A DNA stretch of 64,000 nt from Macrostomum lignano. Taxonomy: Eukaryota. Every line of letters begins with the position of its first letter. Position 1 is the stretch's first letter. Position numbers and translations under genes: made by a program. Location: positions 112,400 to 176,399 of the forward strand of contig NIVC01002140.1 in assembly GCA_002269645.1 (NCBI GenBank), written 5' to 3'. Of this stretch, positions 21,149-34,363 are shown piece by piece. A model generated the notes under the pieces. That model ran no database searches and was not told where the DNA came from. It saw nothing but the letters and a program-made list of their open reading frames with translations.

Positions 21149-24099
21149 TCCAAAAGTTCAAAACAGATAAAAGTTCCCAGACTCAGTCTGCTCTGCCCAT
21201 TTAATCACGTCTCAACATTACTCGAATCTCCGTCAGACCTGCTAGCCATTGTTTGCTCAGGCTTGTTGCCGCCGGGATTGGTAAGCTTCCACCTTTGTTA
21301 CCTGCAGTATACGACATTTCCTGGAGTTGCGGCCAGACGAATCAATCACGATTGTTCTGGCAGGCCCATCAGCTCTGAGACACCCGCATATAGTTCATGC
21401 AAGTTCAATAGCAATTCTATACTCTGACTTCATCCACTGTGCACCGTCGTATCAGCCTTCCGATCATATATTTGGCAAGCGTATATGCTCATGCGAGTAT
21501 TCTTGAACCCCCTGCCTCCTCTTCCTGCTTTCTTCCTCTGGGGCTGCTCAGCTCAAGGCAGCATCGAGGCTGCAGTTTTCAGCCACTGCCGCCCGACTTC
21601 CGCTCTCTCAAGTTTCTTTTTTTACCAAACGCTATAAAGAACTCAACCGAGGCCTCCAGCCGAGTGTATTTAGGCTCAGTTCTGCTGGCAAACTGCTCAC
21701 ACGCGCTGGGACGCTTTTCTTAGTCAAAAACGTGTCGACCCTGTTTTCTCGGAAAGAAAAACCGTAAAGAAGAGGAGAAAGTGTAGAAGAGTTTTGAGCT
21801 CGCGCTGAGCAAACAATCCACCTGCAGAGAGAGTAGAGGGGTTAAAGAAGAAGAGGCCTCACACTGTGAACTGTGGCGGTGTGTCTTGTGGGAGGTCCAT
21901 AATGCAAACTTCTCAATTGAAATTTGAATGCTCAAACTCGTGCTTAGAGTTGGCTTGGCTGTCAACCAGGTTGAGCTGTCACGTTTCACTCGGCTCGGCT
22001 AGCCAGGGCTCGCCCAGCACACACGGACTGAACAAGAGAGAGGTATACTGAGTTTCCTGACAAGCCCCGATTTTTTAATTAAACCGGCAACACACTCGGA
22101 CAGACGCTTTTTCGTCAGCAGCCGGACTGGCCCACCTGCATCCCCATCTTTAATATTTCCTTTTGTATGCCTCAATTTTCCTCATAATTTTTGCAAGCCG
22201 AAATTGCAAAATTGCTTCTACAGCTGTCTGACTTTCTACCTGTCTGCACTTCAAATTTCCTGTATTTCCATCTGTCTACATTTTCAATTTGTCCTGCCTG
22301 TAAAATAATGGTAAAATAATTATGAAACAACTGTGAGCACATACAAGTACGCCAATACTGTACGCAGGCACATAGCACATTACAATAATGCACACCCTCT
22401 CACAGGTGTACGGCGGCCCTGGCCTTCTCTTTGTCAAGCATGTACACTCTCTGTGTCATGGGGGTTGGCTCTCATTATGGCTGTCAATCGCTCGACAACC
22501 TCCGGCTAATTTTTGTGCACAAGAACCACATGAATTTGGGCCGCACACGGAATCGAAAGTGGTTTTTATCGACGTGTCAGACGCATTTACTGCTGAGCTG
22601 CTCTGAGCGGTCTTCTGCATTTCTAGCTGTCTGCTTGAGTATAAGCCCTTGGTGTCCGTCCATCTTTATTTTCCTTCTTAGCATCCATCAACTTCCTTCA
22701 CTACTGTCTTTCAACTGCATATTTGATGAACATTAGTTTCCAGCAGCCATTGTGACTTTGAAATTGCCTCGCAAATGATTGTTGTTATAGTTCCAGGATG
22801 AAGCTGCCCAGTGTCAGCCAGAAATGTGCCGACTTGCTCCTCTCCTCTGGGCAGTCAATGCGACGGAGCGGAAAAGTGCAGAATGGGAGAACAGCAATTA
22901 TCCTCCAGAGGCGACAAGAAGTCCCGCCTCTCTCCGCCACCTCCCTGGCAGTCAATCAGCAGCAGCAGCAGAAGAGGGGCAATCAGGAGGCGCCCTGAAA
23001 GACGATTCCAGCCTGAATTTCATCAAATTTCCATGCAGTCGCCATAAATGAATGCCAAACAGCTTAGCCGGCCACAGCCGGTTTTTAACGAGGTGGGACA
23101 AAGAAGTTGAAAGAATCCGCCAAGCACAGATTGCCTTTGTCGCTAAATTGACTTCCATTAGTAAATTGCTGGTACAGGTAAGTCTGCCTCTTGCACTTTT
23201 CGAAGCGGGGGCTTGTTTAACTCATTCGATGTTTGGTCGTTCATTGCAATATCGATTCACTGCACTTGTAAATCTTGCGCTGTCCCAGCTACAGCTGGTA
23301 CCAGATGTGTGATAGACTTGCTAAAAGCACCGGGCAGAAAAGGCTGCTTATTTAGCGTCAGGCAATGATTTTCGTGAATCGCCAAGCATGCTCGAACCCT
23401 CAATGATATCAGAGATAGCCAATTTATCAGAACTGCTGATGGAGTCAGCTTCCAACACCTGAGCTCAATATAGGTCTCGATTCCTCAATCCTCAAGCATC
23501 TGGAATGAAAATGACTCAAGCCGATCATCTCAAATTTATATAAGACACAATCGGCAGAGCCCCAAGTGCGAGATGAGACGGAGTCAGCTGGGACTGCTAA
23601 TCAAACACGACATTTCGTTATTAAGCTGCAACGAGCCAAGTATGCACTTCCCAGCGTGTTTATGCATCGATTTTGTTAAATTTTGTGGCGTGCTGGGATG
23701 GCTTTTCAGACCAAACAGGAATCGGCAGTGAGTCCGAAGCTCTGGAAAGTACAACGTGGTGGAGAGCTACTGATGCTGAAAGTCTCACAACAAGCGCAAT
23801 GGCGTACGTAGGAATTTAACAGGTAACTAGAGACCTCGCAACCCTAAAGGGTCCCAATATTTGGTGTCTTGGTAGGCGCCACTGACTCTTGATGGGTGCC
23901 CCAACCACTACCTCTTGGGCCAGTTGATGTCGGGTTAGGGGAGCAAGGTCCATTCTGTGTACCCGTACATCAGATGAAGTCACGGATTCTTCATTTGCTT
24001 ACCATCTCTGTTAAAAAATAATTTGCCTTTTTATTTGCATCTATGATGGCGGTAATGTATGTAGACACGGGAGCTGCTCTCACGTAAAATACGTACATC

Positions 24100-24450
24100 T
24101 TGGAGAGTTTAGTGCAGCCCAAAAACCCTTTATTAGTCCCGGCCTTCTGTGCTGCGTTCCGGCTGCTCAACATGCTCTCTCAAGGCTCCACGAAGGCGTC
24201 CAAGACTGAGGTGTGGCTCCACGTGGGCACTGCGACTTCTTCGGTGCTGGCTCTGCCGAATGGAAACAACCGTCAAAGTGTGTGACGACTTCCGTTACCT
24301 CGGCTCCCTTGTGTTAAGGCTTGAGCCCTGACAACCATTATCTCCGACAGGAGGACTCAGCTGGCACGTCTGCTCAAAAATGTCTTCAATTCAACCGCAC
24401 GTGACAACCTGAAGATGCCGCCCCTGATTGACTGATTGACTGACTTGCAG
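24100..24450 (+). mobile_element. Degenerate 3' fragment of an RTE-like non-LTR retrotransposon
   Basis: Frameshifted RT remnants KTEV and VCDDFRYLGS; ends in a short-repeat tail TGATTGACTGATTGACTGACT. Confidence 0.5.
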
Positions 24451-25032
24451 GCTATTGCGACTCAGCTCAGCCCCAGCCCCTCGGTTGCTTTACAAACTGG
24501 TCAGCACAAGAGCTGATTAGATCGCTTCTCTCTTCGTCTGATTTTCTTTGCGTTGTTGCAGCCCACATGACATCACAGAGAGTCTAATCACGAAATAGAG
24601 TAATTAATTTTAGCTCAAAACACTGCAAAGGGTCCTTCTAATGTAGACACACATCTTTATTGAGAAATCGTATTATATCGAGTAACAGTCTTCACTGAAG
24701 CCGAAAATTTAAATTAAATTAGCAAAATATTTGTTACCCGCGTACTATATTCTGTCAGGCCAAAATTCTAATTAAAAAATGGGCTGTCATTAGATCACAG
24801 CTCATGGTACATGTGCGTCGCAAATTGTATTTGCGCAGGTACTCCACGTAATTTAGCCCGTGGGTGAAATTGGCTCAAATTCTATTCAAAAAGCTCGTGT
24901 TTATTAGATTTAATTGGCGCTAAATCGTCAATTTCGCTTTATATCAAGCTAGCTAACATAAATTCTGTAAAATGTTAGTGGCGGAGAGCGTCAAGAAGAT
25001 ACTCAAAAAATTATCCCAAGTACGCTCAATCA

Positions 25033-26700
25033 ATATGGTGTGTTATGGAATCACTCAATATGGAATGTTATGAAATCACTCAATATAGGGTGTTATGAAA
25101 TCACTCAATATAGGGTGTTATGGAATCACTCAATATAGGGTGTTATGGAATCACTCAATATAGGGTGTTATGGAATCACAAAATATGGAATGTTATGAAA
25201 TCACTCAATATGGAATGTTATGGAATCACTTAATATGGGGTGTTATGGAATCACTCAATATGGAATGTTATGGAATCACTTAATATGGGGTGTTATGGAA
25301 TCACTCAATATGGAATGTTATGGAATCACTCAATCTAGGGTGTTATGGAATCACTCAATATAGGGTGTTATGGAATCACTTAATATGGGGTGTTATGGAA
25401 TCACTCAATGTAGGGTGTTATGGAATCACTTAATATGGGGTGTTATGGAATCACTCAATATAGGGTGTTATGGAATCACTTAATATGGGGTGTTATGAAA
25501 TCACACAATATGGAATGTTATGGAATCACTCAATAAGGAATGTTATAGAATCACTTAATATGGGGTGTTATGGAATCACTCAATATGGAATGTTATGGAA
25601 TCACTTAATATGGGGTGTTATGGAATCACTCAATATGGAATGTTATGGAATCACTCAATCTAGGGTGTTATGGAATCACTCAATATAGGGTGTTATGGAA
25701 TCACTTAATATGGGGTGTTATGGAATCACTCAATATAGGGTGTTATGGAATCACTTAATATGGGGTGTTATGGAATCACTCAATATAGGGTGTTATGGAA
25801 TCACTTAATATGGGGTGTTATGAAATCACTCAATATAGGGTGTTATGAAATTACTAAATATAGGGTGTTATGGAATCACACAATATGGAATGTTATGGAA
25901 TCACTCAATATGGAATGTTATGGAATCACTTAATATGGGGTGTTATGGAATCACTCAATATGGAATGTTATGGAATCACTCAATCTAGGGTGTTATGGAA
26001 TCACTCAATATAGGGTGTTATGGATTTACTTAATATGGGGTGTTATAAAATCACTCAATATAGGGTGTTATGAAATCACTCAATATAGGGTGTTATGGAA
26101 TCACTCAATATAGGGTGCTGTGGAATCACACAATATGGGGTGTTATGGAATCACTCAATATAGGGTGTTATGAAATCACTCAATATAGGGTGTTATAGAA
26201 TCACTCAATATAGGGTGTTATGAAATTACTAAATATAGGGCGTTATGGAATCACTCAATATAGGGTGTTATGGAATCACACAATATGGAATGTTATGGAA
26301 TCACTTAATATGGGGTGTTATGGAATCACTCAATATGGAATGTTATGGAATCACTTCATATGGGGTGCTATGGAATCACTCAATATAGGGTGTTATGGAA
26401 TCACTCAATATAGGGTGTTATGGAATCACACAATATGGAATGTTATGGAATCACTTAATATGGGGTGTTATGGAATCACTCAATATAGGGTGTTATGGAA
26501 TCACACAATATGGAATGTTATGGAATCACTTAATATGGGGTGTTATGGAATCACTCAATATGGAATGTTATGGAATCACTTTATATGGGGTGCTATGGAA
26601 TCACTCAATATAGGGTGTTATGGAATCACTCAATATAGGGTGTTATGAAATCACTCAATATGGAATGTTATGAAATCGCTCGATACGGAGTGTTATAGGG
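25033..26700. repeat. 25-bp satellite (TCACTCAATATAGGGTGTTATGGAA)n, about 66 copies
   Basis: Tandem periodicity with GGAAT/AGGGT/GGGGT variants. Confidence 0.97.
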
Positions 26701-29186
26701 TGCTGTGGAATCACAGAGCAGACTGCTAAACACACGCCATTCCACTCGGTGTGCCAGTATATTTGGGCAAGCTCGGTGTTTACGACAATCGCTGACTCAA
26801 AAAAGAGAGCGTCTGTCGCTGCTTGACGCAGGACACTGCAGCGAATTGCGCAGGGAGCCAGTCAGAGAGAGAGAAAGATTCAGAGCCTGCCTGTGCTCGC
26901 AGATGCCCGCATGCAGTCCACCTGTGCTACAGATACTGAGCAATGGCTAAGCCGCGCAAGCTTATCAGAAGAAACTGCCCAACCCATATAGGCGTGATTC
27001 TGCATTATTAATAGAACGAGAATGCATCCGGGTCCAGGTGGGACAGAAATGAGCAGCCAAGCCAACAACAGGCCTCTGAATTGATATATTGTGTATATAT
27101 ATATATCAGCTATTAGCGGGTACACCGCTTGCTCGGACTCTTATATTTACCTGCTGGCAAACAACAGCTTATCACAGCAGCAGTAACCAATGGCAACAGT
27201 GAGTTCAGGTTGAGATTGAGCAGCACACACGCAACAGTTGGCTCTGTAGAGCAGCAAATTGTGAGATCAAAGCGGGTTAAACGCGGGTGAGGATGGCTAC
27301 AAAAGCAAAAGCAAACTGAAAAAACTTCTACAAAAAAGCGCAACAAAAGAAATGGCAAAAACGGGAGTTACAAAAATCGCTTTCAAAAATTAAGGAATGG
27401 GTAGCGAAACTGCTGGATTCCCGTGGAAAGTTAGGAGGGAGAAAAACTCGGACTGAGCAGAGAAAAACAAAGTGAGCTGTCAATACAAAATGGCAAAAAC
27501 GCAAAGCCTATAATATCAAATTGTGCAGACATCGGTGAAGTCGCTCAGACCAATAATTAATTGGCATTGTGGCAAGCTGGCGGGGGCACGATATGAATTT
27601 GCAGGTATCCTACACTGAGCTAATTAACCAAGTCTACCCCTGTCCGAGTCTTGGCATCAGTGAGCCCTCGGTCACGGATCTCAGCCAGGTGCGCAGATGC
27701 AGCTCCCAGCTAATTCCCCATCACGCAGGCCCTCGAGGAGGCTCAGAAAGCAGACGGAAGCAGGTTCGGACAACGCAGAGCAGCGCACAAGAGAATCTTC
27801 TTTTTTCCCTATTCTAAAACCAGCTTGCTTCGCCTCGAATGACTCCCTAATTACCGCTGCTGCACCTGCTGATTTACCTGCCGCTTTGAACTGTGCGGTC
27901 ACGAAAGCATAGGGAGAGTCAGAGGCTTCAGCGAGAAAGTAATTGCAGACCTGTGTCCAAGTCCCCTGATCTCCGAAGAACTCTAAACTGAACAAGGCCT
28001 GTAGGAGTTTGAGCTCCGCTGAGCTGCAATTACAGCTTACAGTTGCAGAGAAGACAGACAAAGGAGGAGATTTCGGACCCAGCCTCTCATGCTTCGCCAT
28101 CGTGCATCAGTCAGCCTATCGTTATTCTGTCAATAAAGCGAATAACTAAAAAATATCCCTAAAACAGACCTCCCTAAGAAATATCCATAAGCTATCAATC
28201 GCTACAAATCAATAAATTTGGCACCTTCGGCCGTCCGAGGTCAAGCAGAAAATCAGAGTCAAGCTCGCCAACTTGTTGGTAAATTGAAAACACTAGCAGA
28301 TGTATTTAGATAGTAAACGCTCTGGAACACAAGACGCTGACCACACAACAAACAGCTCAGGCTGTCTGTCGGTAAACAACAACAATAATAACACAAAAAG
28401 TGAGAGAATCCATAGTCAGGGCAGTTGGTCGAGTCAAATTTAAATATTAATGAAAACACAAAGTTGAAGAGAAACACATTGAACAGGTTAATAGCACACT
28501 CGCGATAGACAATGGCTAAATTGGGTTAAGCATGGAAATAAGCTAGCATAAGATGATGTGAAGCTTCCCGTGGGCTCTCTATACACTTCAGGGACTGATT
28601 TCATGATGGACTTCTGGGTAGGTCAGCTTTCTTCCCATTCGGTTTTTGCAAGCCTTCCTACAAGCAAATCTCATTGCCAGACAACTCCAAAGCGAAGCTC
28701 AACAAGAGGACATTATGGAAAGAGATGCCGAGATGCGGTGGAGGCAACTGGTCTGGACAAGTCTGCCAAGTATTGGCCATAGACAATATTGCGATGCATC
28801 CTCCTAGAAGACTGAAAAAGCACGTAAGCAGTCATTCATGAAATCGGTCCCAGGGAACAAAAACAGCTGGAGAACGGGTGAAAGTGAGCACACGGTGAGG
28901 TGGGGGTTTAATCTCGCAAAACTGGAGTTTCAAAAAACGCTCACAAAAGCTGGGATTACATTTATGAAGCGAATGTTTATAAGACTGGGACTGAAGGAAG
29001 GGGAACACAGATAGAACAATGAGAGCAGCGTTCGAGCTATGATATGTTTATCAATTTACAAAATCCAATAATCTAACGCTTGACAAACGGGCCATAGGAG
29101 ATTTTAAGGTAACGCCTGTGGACAGATGCATAACGTATCAAATGTGTGTAGCAGAGGGGGGTCACTGGGTGCAGCCGATGCCGGGC

Positions 29187-29432
29187 CTACACGGCAGCCC
29201 TGGCCAGGGCGGCTTTGCCAGCCTCGTCGCCAAAGATGTCGCTCAGCTGCTTCTTGTAGGCGTCAATGTTCCGCTGCATCACCTCCACGCAGGGTCCGAG
29301 CAGGCGCTCAAAGTCGGACACGTGCAGCACGCAGACCTTCGTGTGGCCAACGGCGTAGCAGCTGGCGGCGCGCGGCTCCTTGGTGATGAGCGCCAGCTCG
29401 CCAAAATAATCGCCTTTGCCGAGCAGATTCAC
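29187..29432 (-). CDS. PRKAR2: cAMP-dependent protein kinase type II regulatory subunit, exon 3 (CNB-B)
   Basis: Acceptor CCGCAG ending at 29433; [17 protein letters not shown] phosphate-binding cassette; TAG at 29187-29189. Confidence 0.93.
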   Translation of the reverse strand: MNLLGKGDYFGELALITKEPRAASCYAVGHTKVCVLHVSDFERLLGPCVEVMQRNIDAYKKQLSDIFGDEAGKAALARAAV

Positions 29433-29621
29433 CTGCGGGTGGCAGCGGGGTGTCGGTTTGCAAATCAGGCCAGCTATGCTCACCCCTCCTGGCCTCTGAT
29501 TGCAGGTGTCAAAATGTGTGTATCTGTGTGCCAATGCCGAAATCCCAGACAGAGAAAAACCCTGCCACTAATTGCTTTTGAGCATGATTAAATTGGAAAC
29601 CCAATCCAGACCCAATTACCA

Positions 29622-30332
29622 CCCTCAGCCTCACCTGCGTCTTCATCCCAGCCTTATCTGCATCTCCATCCCAGCCTCACCTGCATCTCCATCCTAGCTT
29701 TACCTGCATCTGCATCCCAGCTTTACCTGCATCTGCATCCCAGCCTCACCTGCATCTCCATCCCAGCTTTACCTGCATCTGCATCCCAGCTTTACCTGCA
29801 TCAGCATCTCCATCCCAGCCTTACCTGCATCTGCATGCCAGCCTCACCTGCATCTGAATCCCAGCTTTACCTGCATCTGCATCCCAGCTTCACCTGCATC
29901 TCCATCCCAGCCTCATCTGCATCTCCATCCCAGCTTTACCTGCATCTGCATCCCAGCCTTACCTGCATCTGCATCCCAGCTTTACCTGCATCTGCATCCC
30001 AGCCTCACCTGCATCCCAGCTTTACCTGCATCTCCGTCCCAGCCTTACCTGCATCTGCATCCCAGCCTCACCTGCATCTCCATCCCAGCCTCACCTGATC
30101 TCCATCCCAGCCTCACCTGCATCTCCATCCCAGCTTTACCTGCATCTGCATCCCAGCCTTACCTGCATCTCCATCCCAACCTCACATGCATCTGAATCCC
30201 ATCTTTACCTGCATCTGCATCCCAGCTTCACCTGCATCTCCATCCCAGCCTCATCTGCATCTCCATCCCAGCCTCACCTGCATCTCCATCCCAGCCTCAT
30301 CTGATCTCCATCCCAGCCTCACCTGCATCTCC
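29622..30332. repeat. About 23-bp intronic minisatellite made of the exon 2 / intron 2 junction (GGATGGAGATGCAG|GTGAGGCTG)
   Basis: About 30 tandem units, the first overlapping the true donor. Confidence 0.93.
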
Positions 30333-30562
30333 AGGCCATTGTCGGAGTTGCGCCGCATCACCTTGACCTCGCCCTCCTCCACAAAGAACATCTCGTTGCC
30401 GATCTCGCCCTGGTGCAGGATGGGCTCGCCATCCGAGAACTCCCGCTCCTTCAGCGCGTCCGCCACATTCTGCCGCTCGTACTGGGTGAGCTCGGCCAGC
30501 AGGTGCACCGAGGACAGGAAGGCCTCGTACTTCTTGCGGTGCTTGAAGGCGGCCATGAGCAC
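30323..30562 (-). CDS. PRKAR2: PKA RII regulatory subunit, exon 2
   Basis: Acceptor CGCAG, donor CAG|GTGAGG; 240 nt, phase 0/0; VLMAAFKHRKKYEAFL...MFFVEEGEV. Confidence 0.93.
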
Positions 30563-30986
30563 CTGCGACAGTTGGGAGGCCGGGCGGACCCGTGTACTTT
30601 TATTCTTTAAACTATTTCAGCTTGCAGAGAGAGTGGAGTGCTCAGCTGCACTCATCATCTACATCTCCCAGCTTATCTAAATAAGCCACTCCCAGCAACA
30701 CAACAATGAAAGATGCGGACAAAAGCAAATAGTCAATCTAGTATTTTTAATCCCATTATGCAGCAATCTGCTCCCGTGTTGAGTGGGGCAGCGGAGGCGG
30801 ATGCAGCGGTGCGCACAGACTCAATTGAGCTGCTCAATGTGAGTAGGGAGAGAAATCCCAGTGCATCCAGCCACTAAGCTGCTCGTGAGATGACTCAGAG
30901 TGATTGTAATGAAGCAATCGGAGGTATTAGGAGTGAAAATATATTTCTCAGCAACTTGTATTGCTTCTCTTGCCGTCAGCCTGCCG

Positions 30987-31360
30987 TCAGTCTACCTGTC
31001 TGGCTGCCTACCTGTCTGGCTTGTCTACCTGTTTGGCTGCCTACCTGTCTGGCTTGTCTTCCTGTCTGGCTTGTCTACCTGTCTGGTTGCCTACTTGTCT
31101 GGCTGCCTACCTGTCTGGCTGCCTACCTGTCTGGCTTGTCTACCTGTCTGGCTGCCTACCTGTCTGGCTTGTCTACCTGTCTGGCTTGTCTACCTGTTTG
31201 GCTGCCTACCTGTCTGGCTGCCTACCTGTCTGGCTGCCTACCTGTCTGGCTTGTCTACCTGTCTGGTTGCCTACCTGTCTGACTGTCTACCTGTCTGGCT
31301 TGTCTACCTGTCTGGCTTGTCTACCTGTCTGGCTGCCTACCTGTCTGGCTTGTCTGCGTG
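30987..31360. repeat. 16/17-bp intronic minisatellite (CTACCTGTCTGGCT[GC/TGT])n
   Basis: Tandem units in PKA-R intron 1. Confidence 0.93.
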
Positions 31361-31452
31361 ACTGTCTGTCTACCTATCTGCCTACCTGTTTATTAGCCTT
31401 AATTCTCCCACTTCTACCAAGTCGCTACCCGAGTCAGCCAAGCGAGCCCCAC

Positions 31453-32187
31453 CTTCTGCTGGAAGGTCTCCATGTCCAGCGACCAGAGCACGCCGTCAGT
31501 CTTGGCGATGACCGTGGCAGCCCTGGGGCAGTAGTACATGAGCGCCAGCTCGCCAAAGGAGCCCTCGTGATTGTAGGTGAGCACATGCCGGCTCTCGGAG
31601 CTCGCCTTGTCCCTCACAAAAGCCTCAAACACGCCGCGCTCGATCACATAGAAATTGTCGCCCTCGCCGTCTTGCTCGATGATGACCTCGCCGGCCGTCA
31701 CCGGCTTCTCCTCCATGGCGTCGATCACGTGACCCAGGCCGATTCGGTCCAGGCTGCGGAACAGCAGAATGTGCTTGACGGTCTCCATGAGCCGGCGCCG
31801 CTGCTCGTCGGACTTCGGCACCACCCGGCGCTGGTAGGTGGCCTCGTGCTTCTCCGGGTCGAAGGAGGGCGCCGCCACGCTCACCCGGCGCCGGCTGCAG
31901 GCGCCGCAGACGCGGGCAGCGGCGGCCGAGTCGGGCAGGGCGGCCAGATCGTCGTCGTCGTCAATTTCAGCGCCGGAGTCCTCGCGGCGCAGTTGGCGCT
32001 CGGCGGAGTCGGAGGAGGCGACGGCAGCGGCGGCTGGGCCGGCGGCCTCGGAGGACTGACCGAGGTCGAGCCGCTGGAAGTAGGCGGAGGCGAACTGGAC
32101 CAGATTGGCCGGCTGGGCCCGCAGCACCGCCACGGTGAAGTCCTGGAGCAGCTCGGTCAGGCCGTCTGGCACGGTGAATGACGACAT
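31453..32187 (-). CDS. PRKAR2: PKA RII regulatory subunit, exon 1 (D/D domain, inhibitor site, CNB-A); spliced protein 406 aa
   Basis: RIIa D/D GLTELLQDFTVAVLRAQPANLVQFASAYF; RRVS autophosphorylation site diagnostic of type II; GSFGELALMYYCPRAATV; donor AAG|GTGGGG after 31453; 735 nt, phase 0. Confidence 0.95.
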
Positions 32188-33879
32188 CTGGCTGGTTGTG
32201 CTTGGCTGAGGTGCGAGATGTGGCGGCAGTGGAGGAGCTGGACTCCGGTCATCAATGCCCGTGCTGGCTCAATAAGTAAGAGGGTTCGCACTCAGCCCAC
32301 CCCCGCACTGACTGGCAACCAATTGGAAGGCCAGGAGGATTCAGTAAAAAATGCCACACTAAAAAATTCATTTAACTACTGATGTCAGTAGCGATGCGAG
32401 AGTATTTCTCATCATTTTCTTTAGAATTTCAATAGTAACTAGAAAAACATTTTGTCAGAGGAATCTTCCTGGCAAATCAATGACTATTTTATTAGAGGCT
32501 CAAATCAATGACTGTATTATCTAAATGATTGGAGACAGTAAGGACAAAAGCATTTCCAATAATACACTGTATTGGTATGTCTGCAAAGGTATTCTTCTAC
32601 ATAAGGAATATTGATGGCAGATGCCTCTGGCCTTTAACACCTAGTTTAGCTATCTAGTTTATTATAAATTCAAAGCCCAGGCCTTGGATGGCTGTAGCAT
32701 AGTGCTCTAGAGCAGCACTCTCAAATTTGAATCTTAGCTTGGGTCTGTTAATAGAATTACCCCAAGGCATAGTGAAGAGTATGTCTAATGATAAAGTTAG
32801 GGCTACTGTACAGTCCTGTGTGCCTGTGCATATGACTATGTATATTTCCATGCACTTCCATCTCTATTTAGGGGAGAGGGTGGCAGAATGAGCAGTGATG
32901 TCTCTTATTGCTTCTGTAACAATTTCACCTAAATTGTAACAAGGCATATATAGCCCTTTGCTTTTAAAAAGTCTATGTAAAGACTAGGAAATTAAAGTAA
33001 AACAATATGATTTTCTAGCATTATTCAATAATTTAAAAAGGTCTTAGATAATATTAATACTAATAATATATCACTTACTTAAATAATGCTATGGTCTGAA
33101 GCTATGACAAACCATAAAAGATTAGACCTAAGGCTCAAAATAATCTTAAATTTTTTTTTCATATCTTATAAGTATAAAAGAAGTAGGCTTTTTGTAATAA
33201 AATATTTTGGATTATTCAATTAAATAGTTATATTTATAGAGAAAAAAGTAATATGATTTTGCTAACCTTAACCTCTGGCTTTGGCTTGATTAAACTTAAA
33301 GTTAAAAGGAAAAAATATTTTTATAACTTATTTTTTATATTAGTTTGGTAAGTCATTTTGGTAATAAGAGATTTAGATAAGTCACTTTTATAAGCAAGTC
33401 ATTATGAATTAATAGTATATTAAACTATGTTTTCAAACTATGAGTTAAGTATGACCAAACTAACAAAGCTAAGGCAAGACCTAGCTTGTTGAAAATAAAT
33501 TTTGAATTTTATTAAAATTTGAAGTATACAAGCTTTTTAAATATAAAATAATTGGTTAGGACCTATAACTAAAAGAAATATACTTTATTATATTGCCTTT
33601 ACATTTACACTTTATATAGGCCCTAACATTGACTGTTTAAGCAAGAACTTCCATTTTTCAATTCTTAATAAATTGTTTACCAAAATGGCTCGCTTTAGGC
33701 TAATGGTGAGTGCAAAAATAGTTTTTGTCATTATTGACTTTTGCCAAAAATTCATTTGTCAACAGTTAAAGTAGGTTGAAATTGAAACCAGTCTAGCAAT
33801 GCTAATGAAGATAATATAGCACTCTTCTAATTTTATGTTTAATTATTTTATAAAAAACTGTCTTTAGTTATTGTGAATA

Positions 33880-33996
33880 AATATTTAAACTCTTGCATGC
33901 ACATCCAAAAGGCTATTTGACACCCACCTAGATGAGTTTCTATGGCACTGTTGCCACTCGCACAACACTTTGGGGTCCTTGGCCTGGGCAACATAG
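33880..33996 (+). pseudogene. CpG-eroded C-terminal remnant of a Merlin/IS1595-like DDE transposase
   Basis: TSKRLFDTHLDEFLWHCCH resembles the Merlin GTSxxxFxxxLxEFxWRRR tail; CAC TGT TGC converts to CGC CGT CGC (RRR) by undoing CpG transitions. Confidence 0.5.
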
Positions 33997-34363
33997 GCCT
34001 ACTTTTCTAGGTGGTGCACTACTATGATGTCTAGTCCAGTCCAAATGAACATGGTGAAACAAACTTGCTAATCGCTAGCCCTAAACCCTAACCCTATAAC
34101 TATAACCTTTTTTAAGCTTACTTTTAAGCTTAAGCTTAAGGCCTAGCCCCCTTTACGTACAATCCACTTAGCAAACTTTTAAGAGTGCTAAACTTGTTAA
34201 AACTTTGTTAAAACTTCCTTCAAATTTTATTAAAACTATAAAAATAATTAAATGTGCAAAACTAGAGGATTGCCTAAAATACATCTAAATACTAATAGGC
34301 TATTTGTCTATATTGTCTGCAAATGAATTAAAGCAGCAGGTGTTGGATGCCACAGCCGCACCG

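Noticed and set aside
21200-22070. Possible LINE ORF1/endonuclease remnant
   Set aside because: Only a vague YDRK motif with many stops; insufficient evidence.
25033-26700. 25-bp array resembling a CRISPR locus
   Set aside because: Units are contiguous with no unique spacers, there are no cas genes, and the context is eukaryotic. The same applies to the 23-bp and 20-bp arrays.
27681-28100. 139-aa minus-strand ORF as LINE ORF1 or host exon
   Set aside because: No recognisable motif or splice model.
30890-31410. Cys/Leu-rich plus-strand ORFs overlapping PKA-R intron 1 and antisense to exon 1
   Set aside because: Minisatellite translation plus the antisense shadow of a GC-rich exon.
34078-34105. 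CCCTAA telomere-like units
   Set aside because: Only 2-3 degenerate units inside a transposon remnant; not a telomeric array.
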